DNA from: Clostridia bacterium
GTDB lineage: Bacteria > Bacillota > Clostridia > RUG12999
DNA: 64,000 bases
Assembly: GCA_045648785.1 (NCBI GenBank)
Contig: JAZROP010000041.1
Coordinates: 20,268 to 84,267, forward strand
Direction of reading: 5' to 3'
Position numbers and translations under genes: made by a program. Position 1 is the first letter of the stretch; every line of letters begins with the position of its first letter. Under the pieces are notes generated by a model. It had not been told where the DNA came from. It did no database searches and worked only from the letters and a program-made list of their open reading frames with translations. Positions 52,641 through 63,861 of this stretch are shown here, one piece after another.

Positions 52641-54461
52641 TTGATTAGGAATGATTTAAGAAACATAGCAATTATAGCTCATGTTGACCACGGAAAAACA
52701 ACCCTTGTTGACGAGCTGTTAAAACAGGGCGGTGCATATCGCCAGAATCAGGTGGTTCAGGAGAGAGTAATGGACTCCAATGCTCTTGAAAGAGAGAGGG
52801 GAATTACCATTCTTGCAAAAAACACAGCCGTACACTACAAAGACATAAAAATAAACATTGTAGATACTCCCGGGCACGCCGATTTTGGCGGTGAGGTGGA
52901 GCGTGTTTTAAAAATGGTAAGCGGAGTCCTCTTGCTGGTTGACGCAGCGGAAGGACCTATGCCCCAGACAAGATTTGTACTTCAAAGAGCCCTTGAGCTT
53001 GGTCACAGAATTATTATAGTCGTAAATAAAATTGATAAGCCTGATGCAAGACTCAGTGAGGTGGAGGATGAAATATTAGAGCTTTTAATGGATCTTGAGG
53101 CAAGTGACGAACAGCTTGACAGCCCTATTATTTATTGCTCGGCAAAAGAAGGGAAAGCTACACTTGACCCACACAGCAATAAAAACAACATGGAGGATTT
53201 ATTTGAAACAATTGTAAACTATATACCTGCACCCGGAGGTGATGACGAGGGAGAACTTCAGGTGTTGGTGTCTTCCATTGACTATAATGAGTATGTGGGC
53301 AGAATTGCTATTGGCAGAATTGAAAGAGGAGTTTTGAAAGAAAACTCCGAAATTATGGTGTCCGATTATTATAATACAAAAGAACCCTACAAAAGCAAGG
53401 TTGTAAAAATTTATCAGATTGACGGACTTGGCAGAGTTCCGGTTGAGTCTGCAAAAGTGGGTGATATAGTATGTTTTTCGGGTATTGATAATATTACAAT
53501 TGGCGATACCGTAACATCTGTAAATGCAGTTGAACCGCTGCCTTTTGTAAAAATCAGCGAGCCTACAATTCAGATGACTTTTGCGGTTAACGATAGTCCC
53601 TTTGCTGGAAAAGAAGGTAAGTTTGTAACCTCCCGTCAGCTTCATGACAGACTTTTTAAAGAGCTTTTAAAGGATGTGTCACTCAGAGTTGAAGAAGGTG
53701 AATCCACAGACAGCTTCAATGTTTCGGGCAGAGGAGAAATGCACCTTTCAATCCTTATAGAAACCATGCGCCGCGAGGGATATGAATTTTCGGTTAGCAC
53801 ACCCAAAGTTCTTATGAAAAAAGAAGGCGACCAGACGCTTGAACCGTTCGAAAAAATTGTAATTGATGTGCCAGAGGAATATCTTGGCAGCGTAATGGAA
53901 AAAATGGGACAGCGCAAGGCTGAACTTGTGCAGATGGCACCTTTAGGAAGCAGGATGAGAGTTGAATATATAATCCCCAGCCGAGGACTGTTTGGATACA
54001 GAAATGAATTTATGACAGATACACATGGCGAAGGGGTTCTTAATGCACTTTTCTGTGGATATAAACCATATAAAGGAGAAATTCAGGGCAGACTTACCGG
54101 GTCACTTATTGTATTTGAACCGGGCGAGTCAATTACCTATGGCCTTTATAATGCGCAGGGAAGAGGAACGCTCTTTATCGGCCCCGGTGTACCTGTATAT
54201 GAGGGAATGGTAATAGGTGTGTCGCCAAAGCCGGAAGATATTGCTGTTAATGTCTGCAAGAAAAAGCAGGCTACAAATATGCGTGCTGCCGGCAGCGATG
54301 AGGCTTTAAGACTTATCCCGCCCAAGGTAATGAGTCTTGAAGAATCACTTGAATTTCTTGCTGATGATGAACTTTTGGAGGTCACACCAGAAAACATCAG
54401 AATACGCAAAAGAATACTTAACAATCAGCTCCGCCTTAAGGCTCAGAACAGGAAAAAGTAA
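52641..54461 (+). CDS. typA: translational GTPase TypA/BipA (TTG start)
   Basis: [15 protein letters not shown] and DTPGHADF G-domain motifs; about 606 aa with the BipA C-terminal domain. Confidence 0.93.
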   Translation: MIRNDLRNIAIIAHVDHGKTTLVDELLKQGGAYRQNQVVQERVMDSNALERERGITILAKNTAVHYKDIKINIVDTPGHADFGGEVERVLKMVSGVLLLVDAAEGPMPQTRFVLQRALELGHRIIIVVNKIDKPDARLSEVEDEILELLMDLEASDEQLDSPIIYCSAKEGKATLDPHSNKNNMEDLFETIVNYIPAPGGDDEGELQVLVSSIDYNEYVGRIAIGRIERGVLKENSEIMVSDYYNTKEPYKSKVVKIYQIDGLGRVPVESAKVGDIVCFSGIDNITIGDTVTSVNAVEPLPFVKISEPTIQMTFAVNDSPFAGKEGKFVTSRQLHDRLFKELLKDVSLRVEEGESTDSFNVSGRGEMHLSILIETMRREGYEFSVSTPKVLMKKEGDQTLEPFEKIVIDVPEEYLGSVMEKMGQRKAELVQMAPLGSRMRVEYIIPSRGLFGYRNEFMTDTHGEGVLNALFCGYKPYKGEIQGRLTGSLIVFEPGESITYGLYNAQGRGTLFIGPGVPVYEGMVIGVSPKPEDIAVNVCKKKQATNMRAAGSDEALRLIPPKVMSLEESLEFLADDELLEVTPENIRIRKRILNNQLRLKAQNRKK

Positions 54462-54463
54462 TA

Positions 54464-54492
54464 TTGACTTTAAAGCGGCTGTTTAGTATAAT
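54464..54492 (+). promoter_or_regulatory. promoter for the phosphohexomutase gene
   Basis: TTGACT - 17 nt - TATAAT. Confidence 0.55.
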
Positions 54493-54556
54493 TATTATAT
54501 AATTAGTCTCTGGAGAGGGACTTAAAAAAATACTACTAAATTTTGAGGTTATGTGT

Positions 54557-56296
54557 ATGTTGAATTTTAAAAATGAGTATTTAAAATGGGTTAACAGTAA
54601 CTGCACAGATGATAACACAAAAAACGAACTCAACGCAATTTTAAATGACGAAAACGAAATTAAGGAAAGATTCTATAAACATCTGGAATTCGGCACAGCC
54701 GGGATACGCGGAATACTCGGTGCAGGTACTAACAGAATGAATATTTATGTTGTGCGCAGGGTAACTCAAGGACTGGCAAACTTTATTTGTTCCCAGGGGG
54801 AAGAAGCAAAAAACAGAGGAGTTGCAATCTCCTACGACTCTAGAATTATGTCGGATGTTTTTGCCAATGAAACAGCATGCGTACTTGCGGCAAATGGCAT
54901 AAAGGTTTACCTTTCAAACAGACTTCGCCCGGTACCAATGCTTTCGTTTGCGATAAGGCATTTTAATGCTATAAACGGCATTATGATAACTGCCAGCCAT
55001 AATCCCCCCGAACATAATGGTTATAAAGTATATGGTGAGGATGGCGGTCAGCTTAATCCGGCCGATGCAGATATAGTTTTAAATGAAATTGAAAAGCTTG
55101 ATTTACCCGGGGAGGTTAAAACCTGCTCGGTTGATGAGGGAATAAGCAAAGGTCTTATAGTAATGTTCGGTGAAAACCTGGACAATGCTTATTACGAAAA
55201 AGCATTATCGCTTAGAATAAATCCAGAAGCAGTTAGAATTGTTGCTGATGATTTTAAACTTGTTTACACCCCAATCCACGGCAGCGGAAACATTCCGGTC
55301 AGAAAAATTCTTGAAATGTCAGGCTTTAAAAATGTTCATATAGTTCGTGAACAGGAAGAGCCGGATGGCAGATTTCCTACTGTGAAATCACCTAATCCTG
55401 AATACAAGGAAACGCTTGAAATGGCAATTAATCTTGCCAAAAGGGAAAATATTGACCTTGTAATAGGAACCGACCCTGACAGCGACCGAATGGGCATAGC
55501 AGTAAGAGACTCAGAGGGTGAATACCATGCACTAACAGGAAATATGGTAGGCGCTCTTTTAACAGAATACATTCTCGCAAATATGAGCGCATCGGGTGAA
55601 TTGCCTGATAACGGTGTTATAATGAAATCAATTGTTTCAAGTAAAATGCTGGATGCTATCTGTCGCCACTATGGTACAGAATGTGTGAATGTATATACAG
55701 GTTTTAAATTCTTTGCAGAGAAAATAAAGGAATATGAGAAAAAGGGAGATAAAAAATACATTTTCGGATTTGAAGAAAGTTACGGCTATCTTCTTGGATC
55801 TTATGTAAGAGATAAGGATGCGGTAACTGCTTCTATGATCACTGCTGAGATGGCGGCATGGTATAAACTGCGTGGAATGACTCTGTATGAGGGTCTAATG
55901 GAAATTTATAAAAAGTATGGCACATACAGAGAACGCCTTATACAGATTTCTCTCGAGGGAATTGAAGGCAGTGAAAGAATAAAGAGGATTATGGCTCAGA
56001 TGAGAAACAATCCCCCGCAGACTGTTGCAGGAATTGCACTTGAAAAATATACTGACCATCTCACCGGAGTCAGCAAAAATGTAATTACAGGTCAGCAGAC
56101 AAGTATTGATATGATACCGTCTGATGTACTCGTGTATGAGCTTGAAAATGATACATGGTTTGCGGCACGCCCATCGGGAACGGAGCCAAAAATCAAATTC
56201 TATCTTGGAACAAAATCAAGCAGTGTTAATGCAGCGGAGGCTGCTCTGGACGATTTGGAAAGATACATCCGTTCAGTTATAGATTCAGTAGAATAA
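54557..56296 (+). CDS. phosphoglucomutase / phosphomannomutase (alpha-D-phosphohexomutase, PgcA-like)
   Basis: Active-site serine loop TASHNPPEHNGYKVY and metal loop DPDSDR. The ATG at 54557 has better RBS spacing than the one at 54551. Confidence 0.88.
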   Translation: MLNFKNEYLKWVNSNCTDDNTKNELNAILNDENEIKERFYKHLEFGTAGIRGILGAGTNRMNIYVVRRVTQGLANFICSQGEEAKNRGVAISYDSRIMSDVFANETACVLAANGIKVYLSNRLRPVPMLSFAIRHFNAINGIMITASHNPPEHNGYKVYGEDGGQLNPADADIVLNEIEKLDLPGEVKTCSVDEGISKGLIVMFGENLDNAYYEKALSLRINPEAVRIVADDFKLVYTPIHGSGNIPVRKILEMSGFKNVHIVREQEEPDGRFPTVKSPNPEYKETLEMAINLAKRENIDLVIGTDPDSDRMGIAVRDSEGEYHALTGNMVGALLTEYILANMSASGELPDNGVIMKSIVSSKMLDAICRHYGTECVNVYTGFKFFAEKIKEYEKKGDKKYIFGFEESYGYLLGSYVRDKDAVTASMITAEMAAWYKLRGMTLYEGLMEIYKKYGTYRERLIQISLEGIEGSERIKRIMAQMRNNPPQTVAGIALEKYTDHLTGVSKNVITGQQTSIDMIPSDVLVYELENDTWFAARPSGTEPKIKFYLGTKSSSVNAAEAALDDLERYIRSVIDSVE

Positions 56297-56309
56297 GGAA
56301 TGAATTAAG

Positions 56310-57578
56310 ATGGAAAAATTGCAGGCAATCAAAGGAACTTATGACATACTGCCGGAGGACGCTGTCCTCTGGCAATACATAGAAAAAAATATTCGTGAAA
56401 TCTGCGACCTTTTCGGTTACGGTGAAATTCGTATGCCGGTATTTGAAAACACATCGCTTTTTGCCCGTGGCGTAGGTGATACTACAGATGTTGTGCAAAA
56501 GGAAATGTACACATTTACAGATAAAGGCAACAGAAGTATTACACTTCGTCCGGAGGGAACATCAGGTGTTGTCCGCAGCGTACTTGAACATTCGCTGCTT
56601 GCAGGAGCTTTGCCCCTTAAAATGTATTATAACATCACATGTTACCGTAATGAAAAGCCTCAGGCGGGCAGATACAGGGAATTCCGCCAGTTTGGTATTG
56701 AAGCTTTTGGTAGCAGCGACAACAGCCTTGATGCGGAAGTTATTTCTCTTGCGGTCACATTCCTTAAACGAATGGGACTTAAAGGACTTAAAGTTAAAAT
56801 AAACAGCATTGGTTGTCCTAAATGCAGGGCCGAATATAATAACGCTTTAAGAGAATATCTTAAAGAACATTTATCTGAGCTTTGCCCCACTTGTAACACC
56901 AGATTTGAGAAAAACCCCATGCGTATAATTGACTGCAAGGAAGAAAAGTGTAAAGTGGCAGCGGCAGGCGCACCGAGACTTTTAAATTACATCTGTGATG
57001 AATGCAGAGAACATTTTGAAGGTCTTAAAGCAAATCTTGAGCTGATGAATATTGATTATGAAATTGATTCCGACATAGTTCGCGGTCTTGATTATTATAC
57101 TAAAACAGTTTTTGAAATCACATCTGACGATCTGGGTGCACAGTCCACAGTTTGCGGTGGCGGCAGATATGACGGTCTTGTTGAACAACTTGGCGGCGCT
57201 CCAACACCAGGAATTGGTTTTGGTCTTGGCATAGAAAGACTTATAATGTGTATGAAAGCTCGGGGAGTGGACATGCCTGCAAATAAAACGCAGAAAATTT
57301 TTGTATGTAATATGGGCGATGATGCAAAAGCGTTTGTTATCAAACTTGTAAATGATTTAAGGCAGGCAGGAATCAGTGCTTCATGCGACAATATGAAAAA
57401 AAGCCTGAAAGCTCAAATGAAATATGCTGACAAAATTAAATCAGAATACACAGTTATAATCGGCGATAACGAGATAGCATCAGGCGTATGTAATCTTAAA
57501 AATATGACTACTGGCGAAAATACCGAAATTAAAATTTGCGAAATAGATAAATTCTTGAAGGGCGGCGAAAAACGATGA
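56310..57578 (+). CDS. hisS: histidine--tRNA ligase
   Basis: Class II motifs; RYREFRQFGIE and GGGRYDGL. Confidence 0.95.
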   Translation: MEKLQAIKGTYDILPEDAVLWQYIEKNIREICDLFGYGEIRMPVFENTSLFARGVGDTTDVVQKEMYTFTDKGNRSITLRPEGTSGVVRSVLEHSLLAGALPLKMYYNITCYRNEKPQAGRYREFRQFGIEAFGSSDNSLDAEVISLAVTFLKRMGLKGLKVKINSIGCPKCRAEYNNALREYLKEHLSELCPTCNTRFEKNPMRIIDCKEEKCKVAAAGAPRLLNYICDECREHFEGLKANLELMNIDYEIDSDIVRGLDYYTKTVFEITSDDLGAQSTVCGGGRYDGLVEQLGGAPTPGIGFGLGIERLIMCMKARGVDMPANKTQKIFVCNMGDDAKAFVIKLVNDLRQAGISASCDNMKKSLKAQMKYADKIKSEYTVIIGDNEIASGVCNLKNMTTGENTEIKICEIDKFLKGGEKR

Positions 57579-59362
57579 AAATGGAAACATTACAGGGAAT
57601 GAAAAGAACTGATATGTGCGCAACCCTCTCTGCGTCTGATATCGGCAGAGAAGTTACAGTTATGGGTTGGGCAGGCAAGGTAAGGGATATAGGAAGCATA
57701 GTATTCGTTGACCTTCGTGACAGAACAGGTATTGTTCAGCTTGTTTGCGAAGCACCTGAAAATATTCTTGAAAAAGCAAAAGGAGTGCATCTTGAATATG
57801 TTCTCGCAGCAAAAGGTACTGTAAGAAAAAGAAGCGGTGCAGTAAATGAAAATATTCCTACCGGCGAAATTGAAATTGAGGTAACAGAACTGAGAATTTT
57901 AAGTAAATCAGAGCCTCTTCCTGTTCAGATAGAAGAAGACTCATCTGTTAAAGAAGAAATCAGACTTAAATACAGATATCTCGACCTCAGAAGACCTTCC
58001 TTACAGAAAAATCTTATGATCAGACATAAACTTACAAAGCTTGTAAGGGATTATTATGATAAAAATGGTTTTATGGAAATAGAAACTCCAATGCTGACAA
58101 AGAGCACACCCGAGGGCGCAAGAGACTATCTTGTACCCAGCCGTGTTCATCCCGGTAAATATTATGCTCTTCCTCAGTCACCACAACTTTATAAACAGAT
58201 TCTTATGCTATCAGGTTATGACAAGTATATGCAGATTGTAAAATGTTTTCGTGACGAGGACCTGCGCGCAGACCGTCAGCCTGAATTTACACAGATTGAC
58301 CTTGAAATGTCATTTGTTGAGCAGGAAGATGTAATGCAGATGAACGAAGGCTTCCTTAAACTTGCGTTTAAAGAACTACTTGATGTCGATATTCAGCTTC
58401 CGCTTCGCAGAATGCCTTATAAAGAGGCTATGGAGCGTTTCGGCAGCGACAAACCTGACACAAGATTTGGTCTTGAAATCACAGATATTAGTGATGTTCT
58501 TGCAAAAAGTGAATTTAAAGTGTTTGCGGACAACCTCGCTTCGGGGGGCTCTGTCAGGGCGATTAACGCCAAAGGTCTTGGTGAAAAGCTTTCCAGAAAA
58601 GAAATTGATGCACTTGTAGAATTTGTAAAAACATATAAAGCCAAAGGTCTTGTCTGGATTATAAAAACAGCAGAAGGCATTAAATCCTCCGCAGCAAAAT
58701 TCTTAACAGAAGACGAAATTAACGGTATCTTTGATAAAACAAATGCTGAGGTTGGAGATGGAATTTTCATTGTGTCTGATAAGGATTCTGTTGTGTTTGC
58801 TTCGCTCGGTGCATTAAGACTTAACCTTGCAAAAAAATTCAATCTTATTCCCGAAAACAGTTATGACCTTTTGTGGGTAACTGAGTTCCCGTTGTTTGAA
58901 TACAGCGAGGAAGAAGATAGATTTGTTGCTGTTCACCATCCTTTCACAGCACCTATGGATGAGGATATTGATAAAATTGATACCGACCCCGGAAATGTTC
59001 GTTCAAAAGCCTATGACATTGTTATAAATGGTATGGAAGCAGGCGGCGGTTCAATTAGAATTTTCAATTCCGATCTTCAGGCGAAAATGTTTGAAGCACT
59101 TGGATTTACCCAGGAGCAGGCTTGGGAACGCTTCGGTTTCCTGCTTGAAGCATTCAAATATGGAGCACCTCCGCACGGTGGTATGGCGTACGGGCTTGAC
59201 AGACTTGCAATGATTATGACAGGTAGTGATTCAATCCGTGATGTTATTGCTTTCCCGAAAGTGCAGAATGCGTCCGAACTGATGAGCAATGCACCCGATG
59301 TTGTTGACCAGGCTCAACTTGATGAACTTTGTATTCAGAATGTGGTGAAAGACGGTGAGTAA
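57575..59362 (+). CDS. aspS: aspartate--tRNA ligase
   Basis: OB anticodon domain plus class II core (FRDEDLRADRQPEFTQID, GGGSIR). Confidence 0.95.
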   Translation: MKMETLQGMKRTDMCATLSASDIGREVTVMGWAGKVRDIGSIVFVDLRDRTGIVQLVCEAPENILEKAKGVHLEYVLAAKGTVRKRSGAVNENIPTGEIEIEVTELRILSKSEPLPVQIEEDSSVKEEIRLKYRYLDLRRPSLQKNLMIRHKLTKLVRDYYDKNGFMEIETPMLTKSTPEGARDYLVPSRVHPGKYYALPQSPQLYKQILMLSGYDKYMQIVKCFRDEDLRADRQPEFTQIDLEMSFVEQEDVMQMNEGFLKLAFKELLDVDIQLPLRRMPYKEAMERFGSDKPDTRFGLEITDISDVLAKSEFKVFADNLASGGSVRAINAKGLGEKLSRKEIDALVEFVKTYKAKGLVWIIKTAEGIKSSAAKFLTEDEINGIFDKTNAEVGDGIFIVSDKDSVVFASLGALRLNLAKKFNLIPENSYDLLWVTEFPLFEYSEEEDRFVAVHHPFTAPMDEDIDKIDTDPGNVRSKAYDIVINGMEAGGGSIRIFNSDLQAKMFEALGFTQEQAWERFGFLLEAFKYGAPPHGGMAYGLDRLAMIMTGSDSIRDVIAFPKVQNASELMSNAPDVVDQAQLDELCIQNVVKDGE

Positions 59363-60371
59363 TGTGAATGTTATTGAAATAGATAGACTTACCAAAAGTT
59401 ACGGCAATAAAAAAGCCGTAAACGGGATAAGCTTTTCTGTTCAAAAAGGTGAAATACTTGGCTTTTTAGGACCTAATGGTGCAGGAAAGTCAACAACAAT
59501 GAATATGCTTACCGGTTATATCTCGGCAGATGGAGGAAGTGCCTCTGTCTGCGGATATAATATTTTGACTCAGCCTAATGAGGCTAAGCAAAAAATAGGA
59601 TATCTACCCGAGCAGCCACCACTTTATTTTGATATGACGGTAACGGAATACCTTAACTTTGTTTTTAACCTTAAAAAAGTTACGCTTGATAGAAAAAGTC
59701 ACCTTCTAGAGGTAATGAACACCGTTGGCATAACAAATGTAAAAGATAGACTCATAAAAAATCTGTCCAAAGGTTATAAACAGAGGGTAGGACTCGCTCA
59801 GGCGCTTATCGGAAACCCAGAGGTTTTAATTCTGGACGAGCCTACAGTTGGCCTTGATCCAGTGCAGATTATTGAAATAAGAAATGTTATTAAAAAACTT
59901 GGAAAAAACAGGACCATTATTCTGAGCACACATATTCTGCAGGAGGTTACTGCAGTATGTGACAGGGTTGTAATAATTAACCGTGGTAAAATTGCTGCGA
60001 GCGATACTATTCAGAATTTATCGGGTAATGCCGGCTCGGGAAGATTTATTCTCAGAATAAAAGGCGATGAGTACCTTGTGAAAAACATTCTGTCAGAAGT
60101 TCCGGAAATAAAAAGTGCGGAAGTGATTGGTTCAAGAGAAAAAGGTACAGTTGATGTAATTGTTGAAGCACGCGACGGTGAGGATATTCGTGAAAAAATA
60201 TTTAACTCATTTGCGGCTAAAAATACAGCGATTATTATGAATAAACCAATGGAAAAAACCATTGAGGATATTTTTGTCAGAGTAATCGGTGAAACTGAAG
60301 CTGAACCTGACTCAGAAGAAATACCTGTAAAAAAATCTGTAATTAAGAAGCTTTTTGGAAAGGGGGAGTAA
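59355..60371 (+). CDS. ABC transporter ATP-binding protein (ABC-2 / GldA-like)
   Basis: Walker A GPNGAGKST, signature LSKGYKQR and Walker B LILDEPT. Confidence 0.9.
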   Translation: MSNVNVIEIDRLTKSYGNKKAVNGISFSVQKGEILGFLGPNGAGKSTTMNMLTGYISADGGSASVCGYNILTQPNEAKQKIGYLPEQPPLYFDMTVTEYLNFVFNLKKVTLDRKSHLLEVMNTVGITNVKDRLIKNLSKGYKQRVGLAQALIGNPEVLILDEPTVGLDPVQIIEIRNVIKKLGKNRTIILSTHILQEVTAVCDRVVIINRGKIAASDTIQNLSGNAGSGRFILRIKGDEYLVKNILSEVPEIKSAEVIGSREKGTVDVIVEARDGEDIREKIFNSFAAKNTAIIMNKPMEKTIEDIFVRVIGETEAEPDSEEIPVKKSVIKKLFGKGE

Positions 60372-60374
60372 AAA

Positions 60375-61076
60375 ATGTACGCAATATTTAAAAAAGAATT
60401 AAGAAACTATTTCCTTACTCCCATAGCCTATGTTTTTATGGCTCCGTTCATTGCTTTTACAGCCATTTATTTTGTTATGATGCTCAGTTATCAGACGATT
60501 TCCATGAGCTATATTTTTACGTCGATAAATACGCTTTGCCTGTTTATTGTACCCGTTCTTACAATGCAACTTTTTGCTGAAGAGAGAAACAAAAAAACAG
60601 AACAACTTTTAATTACTGCTCCGGTAAATGTTTCCTCAATTGTATTAGGTAAATTTTTTGCAGCACTAGGAGTTTTTCTTATTACCCTTGCCGTGTCGCT
60701 GATTTTTCCGGTGATACTTTTTATAATTAGTGCACCGTCGCTCAGCGAAACAATAGCCATTTATATTGGTCTTGTTTTGCTTTGGGCATCATTTATTGCG
60801 GTAGGCGTATTTATTTCCTCACTTACCGAAAGTCAGGTTGTTTCCGCAATACTTACATTTGCAGTGCTTTTTGTGCTTTATTCAGTAGATGGCTGGACAC
60901 TCAGCATCACATCTGAGTTTGCAAAAAATATTATTAATATTCTTGCAGTATTTACCAGATACAGCGACTTTGAGATTGGACTTGTAAGCTTGTCAAATGT
61001 AATATATTACCTTAGCTTTATTTTTGTATTTTTGTTCTTAACGGTTAGAAATATAGAAAAAAGACGCTATAGCTGA
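60375..61076 (+). CDS. ABC-2 family permease (GldF-like)
   Basis: Six TM helices, 233 aa, directly downstream of the ATPase. Confidence 0.8.
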   Translation: MYAIFKKELRNYFLTPIAYVFMAPFIAFTAIYFVMMLSYQTISMSYIFTSINTLCLFIVPVLTMQLFAEERNKKTEQLLITAPVNVSSIVLGKFFAALGVFLITLAVSLIFPVILFIISAPSLSETIAIYIGLVLLWASFIAVGVFISSLTESQVVSAILTFAVLFVLYSVDGWTLSITSEFAKNIINILAVFTRYSDFEIGLVSLSNVIYYLSFIFVFLFLTVRNIEKRRYS

Positions 61077-61091
61077 AGGAGGGTATAAGAC

Positions 61092-62486
61092 ATGAATAAT
61101 TTAAATAAAAAATATACTGTTACATCATGGATTATAACTGCTCTAGTTATAGTTTCGGTAGTTTTACTTAACCTTATAGCAACATCTCTTACAACAAAGC
61201 TTAATCTCAAACTTGACCTTACACAATCTGGCAAATATGAAATTTCTGACACGACAAAACAGGTTATGGCAGAGCTTGAAAAGGATGTCCGCGTAATGAT
61301 TATGGGCACCGAAGCGGAGGTTTCGGGTGATATTAAGGAATATCTGCAGAAATATGCTGCAATGAGCGATAAATTTAATCTGGAATTTGTTGATGTATAT
61401 AAAAATCAGGCTGTTTTAAATGATTATCAGGCAAAAGGACAGACTCTTGAAGCGGGAGATATTATTTTAGAATGTGGCGAACGCTATAAAATAATTGATT
61501 CTGCAAGCATCTATAACTCTACAATGTCTTTTGAACCCAATAAGGCTAACTATAGCTTTGAACTTGAATCAAAGCTTACAAATGGACTCGTTGTGGTAAC
61601 AGGGCTTATGAATGAAACCACTGCATATTTCCTTGAAGGTCATGGGGAGACCAAGATTGATTCGGTGAAAAAATCCTTTGACACACTTGGTTTTTCCAAT
61701 AACACTCTTAATCTTTTAACAAGTGAAATTCCGGAGGATGCCGGGCTTATAATTTCAGTTGTTCCTACTGCGGATTTTACAGTTGATGAAATTACAAAAC
61801 TTGAAAAATTCTTTGACCGCGGCGGAAACTTTTTGATGGTTTTTAGTCCGGGAATGCCAAAACTTACACTTGCAAATAAAATGCTTGAATCCTGGGGCGT
61901 TGTTCCCAATTATGACCTGGTTCTGGAAAAGGATCCTGAAAAAGTTCTGCAGTATGAAGTTGCTATGCTAACAGATACTTACGGTCATGACATCACAAAT
62001 ACAATTAGAACACAGAGTTTGCCACTTGTGTCCTATTATACATCAAGTTTTAAGGTATTACCCACAAATGTTCACAATTCAACACTGACAACTCTGCTTG
62101 AAACAACAAGTATGGCTGTTGGCAAAACTAATTTTGAAAGCACAACCACAGATTATGAGGAAGGGGACAACAAGGGTCCGCTTCCACTTATGGTAATTGC
62201 TGAAAAATTCACACCTGTTGCGTCAAGACTTGCGGTTTTGGGTTCGGTGGGAACTTTGCAGTTTGCAGAGCAGTATGAAGGTAATAATGAACTTATGTCA
62301 GGAATAATTTCCTGGATGACAAATAATAGCAATACACTTAAAATTTCACCTAAAATTATCAGTGAAAGCAGAGTTGAGGTAACAAATGCCACTCTGGTGA
62401 TAATGAATTATCTGCTGGTATGGATAATCCCTATAATTATTCTTATTGCAGGTATTATAATATGGATTAGAAGGAGATACCTGTAA
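61092..62486 (+). CDS. GldG-like ABC-transport auxiliary protein
   Basis: N-terminal and C-terminal TM anchors around a large periplasmic-type domain. It is in the typical position after the ABC-2 pair. Confidence 0.7.
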   Translation: MNNLNKKYTVTSWIITALVIVSVVLLNLIATSLTTKLNLKLDLTQSGKYEISDTTKQVMAELEKDVRVMIMGTEAEVSGDIKEYLQKYAAMSDKFNLEFVDVYKNQAVLNDYQAKGQTLEAGDIILECGERYKIIDSASIYNSTMSFEPNKANYSFELESKLTNGLVVVTGLMNETTAYFLEGHGETKIDSVKKSFDTLGFSNNTLNLLTSEIPEDAGLIISVVPTADFTVDEITKLEKFFDRGGNFLMVFSPGMPKLTLANKMLESWGVVPNYDLVLEKDPEKVLQYEVAMLTDTYGHDITNTIRTQSLPLVSYYTSSFKVLPTNVHNSTLTTLLETTSMAVGKTNFESTTTDYEEGDNKGPLPLMVIAEKFTPVASRLAVLGSVGTLQFAEQYEGNNELMSGIISWMTNNSNTLKISPKIISESRVEVTNATLVIMNYLLVWIIPIIILIAGIIIWIRRRYL

Positions 62487-63850
62487 TGGATAAACTTATA
62501 AGAAATATTATAATCGCAGTTGTTATTGTTCTTCTCCTTGTAGCGGCGTATATAGCGATCAGCGTTATTCCGGGACAAATTGCAGAGAGAAATATTGAGG
62601 AGCAGGAATCAGAAACGGCTGAGATTCAAATTATGAGCTCGTCGGTTGATTATGTTGAGTCTGTAAAAGTTACAAATGCTAACGGAAGCTACACACTTCA
62701 GCGTGACCCGATAGGAGTATGGGGGGTTGCTGAATATCCTGATGTACCTGTTGAAACAGTAAGCATTGAAAGTGCAGTTTATGGCTTTGTAAATCTTTAT
62801 GCGCTTGATGAAATTGAAATGCCAGAGAAGCTTTCGGATTATGGCTTTGATAATCCCCGTGCAAAGATTTCTATTGCTATGAAAGATGGAACAGCGAGAG
62901 AATTTGCGCTTGGTAACAAAGTAACAGGGGGAAGAGGAGATTTCTTCCTTGATAGCGTGAATAAAAAAGCGTATGTTGTTTCAATTTACATGGGAGATAG
63001 CATGAAAAAATCTGCTGAAAGCTATCGCCGGACAAAGCTTGCATCAATTAAGGCTGATGCTCTTACAAGTCTTGCAATAACAAATCCGAATGGGAAAATT
63101 GTTATGGAACTTGAGGAATCAGATTATTCGTCAGAACTTGTTATGGTTATGACTCAGCCCAAGCATATGAATCTTGACGAAACTCTCGCAACATCTATTC
63201 TGGAAACAATCCAGGATATAAATGTTGTTAAATATATTGAGGATAATCCGTCAGATTTATCAAAGTATGGATTAAGTCGTCCTGCGCTTGAAGTTGAAAT
63301 TGGTGTTGAAAATGCTAATTATAAGCTTTCTTTTGGTAATAAAACCGAAGCCGGAACGATTTATACAATGCTTGAAGGTATGGATTTTGTATTTACTTTT
63401 GACCAGGCAATGTACGATGCGTGCATAAATGTTACAGCATACAACCTTATGAATAAATTTGTTAATATCGTTAACATTAGTGAAGTAAAATCCATTGTGG
63501 TTGAAGGTAAAGGAAAGTCACACAAGCTTGAAATAAAAGGCGGCAGTGATTTCTATATTGACGGCAAGGCGGCTCTTGCTGACTCCTTTAGAAAAACTTA
63601 TCAGAGCATTATCGGCATAAAGGGAAGCGGTCTTGCTGCGAACAGTGTTACTTCTCCGACTGAATATTCGGTTGTTTTTGAATATAATAATGGTGAAACA
63701 ACAAACATTCATTATGCTTCTTATGACGAAATGAACTATTATGTTGAAACCGATGGAGAAAGAGGATTCATTACGCTGAAAAAAGGTCTTGACGACATGA
63801 TGTCAATTGTTGGAAAGCTTGCTGAGAATCCTATGGGTAAAATGAACTGA
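62486..63850 (+). CDS. DUF4340-domain protein
   Basis: N-terminal TM helix plus repeated beta-rich modules. It follows the GldG-like gene, which is the canonical partner arrangement. Confidence 0.6.
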   Translation: MDKLIRNIIIAVVIVLLLVAAYIAISVIPGQIAERNIEEQESETAEIQIMSSSVDYVESVKVTNANGSYTLQRDPIGVWGVAEYPDVPVETVSIESAVYGFVNLYALDEIEMPEKLSDYGFDNPRAKISIAMKDGTAREFALGNKVTGGRGDFFLDSVNKKAYVVSIYMGDSMKKSAESYRRTKLASIKADALTSLAITNPNGKIVMELEESDYSSELVMVMTQPKHMNLDETLATSILETIQDINVVKYIEDNPSDLSKYGLSRPALEVEIGVENANYKLSFGNKTEAGTIYTMLEGMDFVFTFDQAMYDACINVTAYNLMNKFVNIVNISEVKSIVVEGKGKSHKLEIKGGSDFYIDGKAALADSFRKTYQSIIGIKGSGLAANSVTSPTEYSVVFEYNNGETTNIHYASYDEMNYYVETDGERGFITLKKGLDDMMSIVGKLAENPMGKMN

Positions 63851-63861
63851 GGTGAATCTGA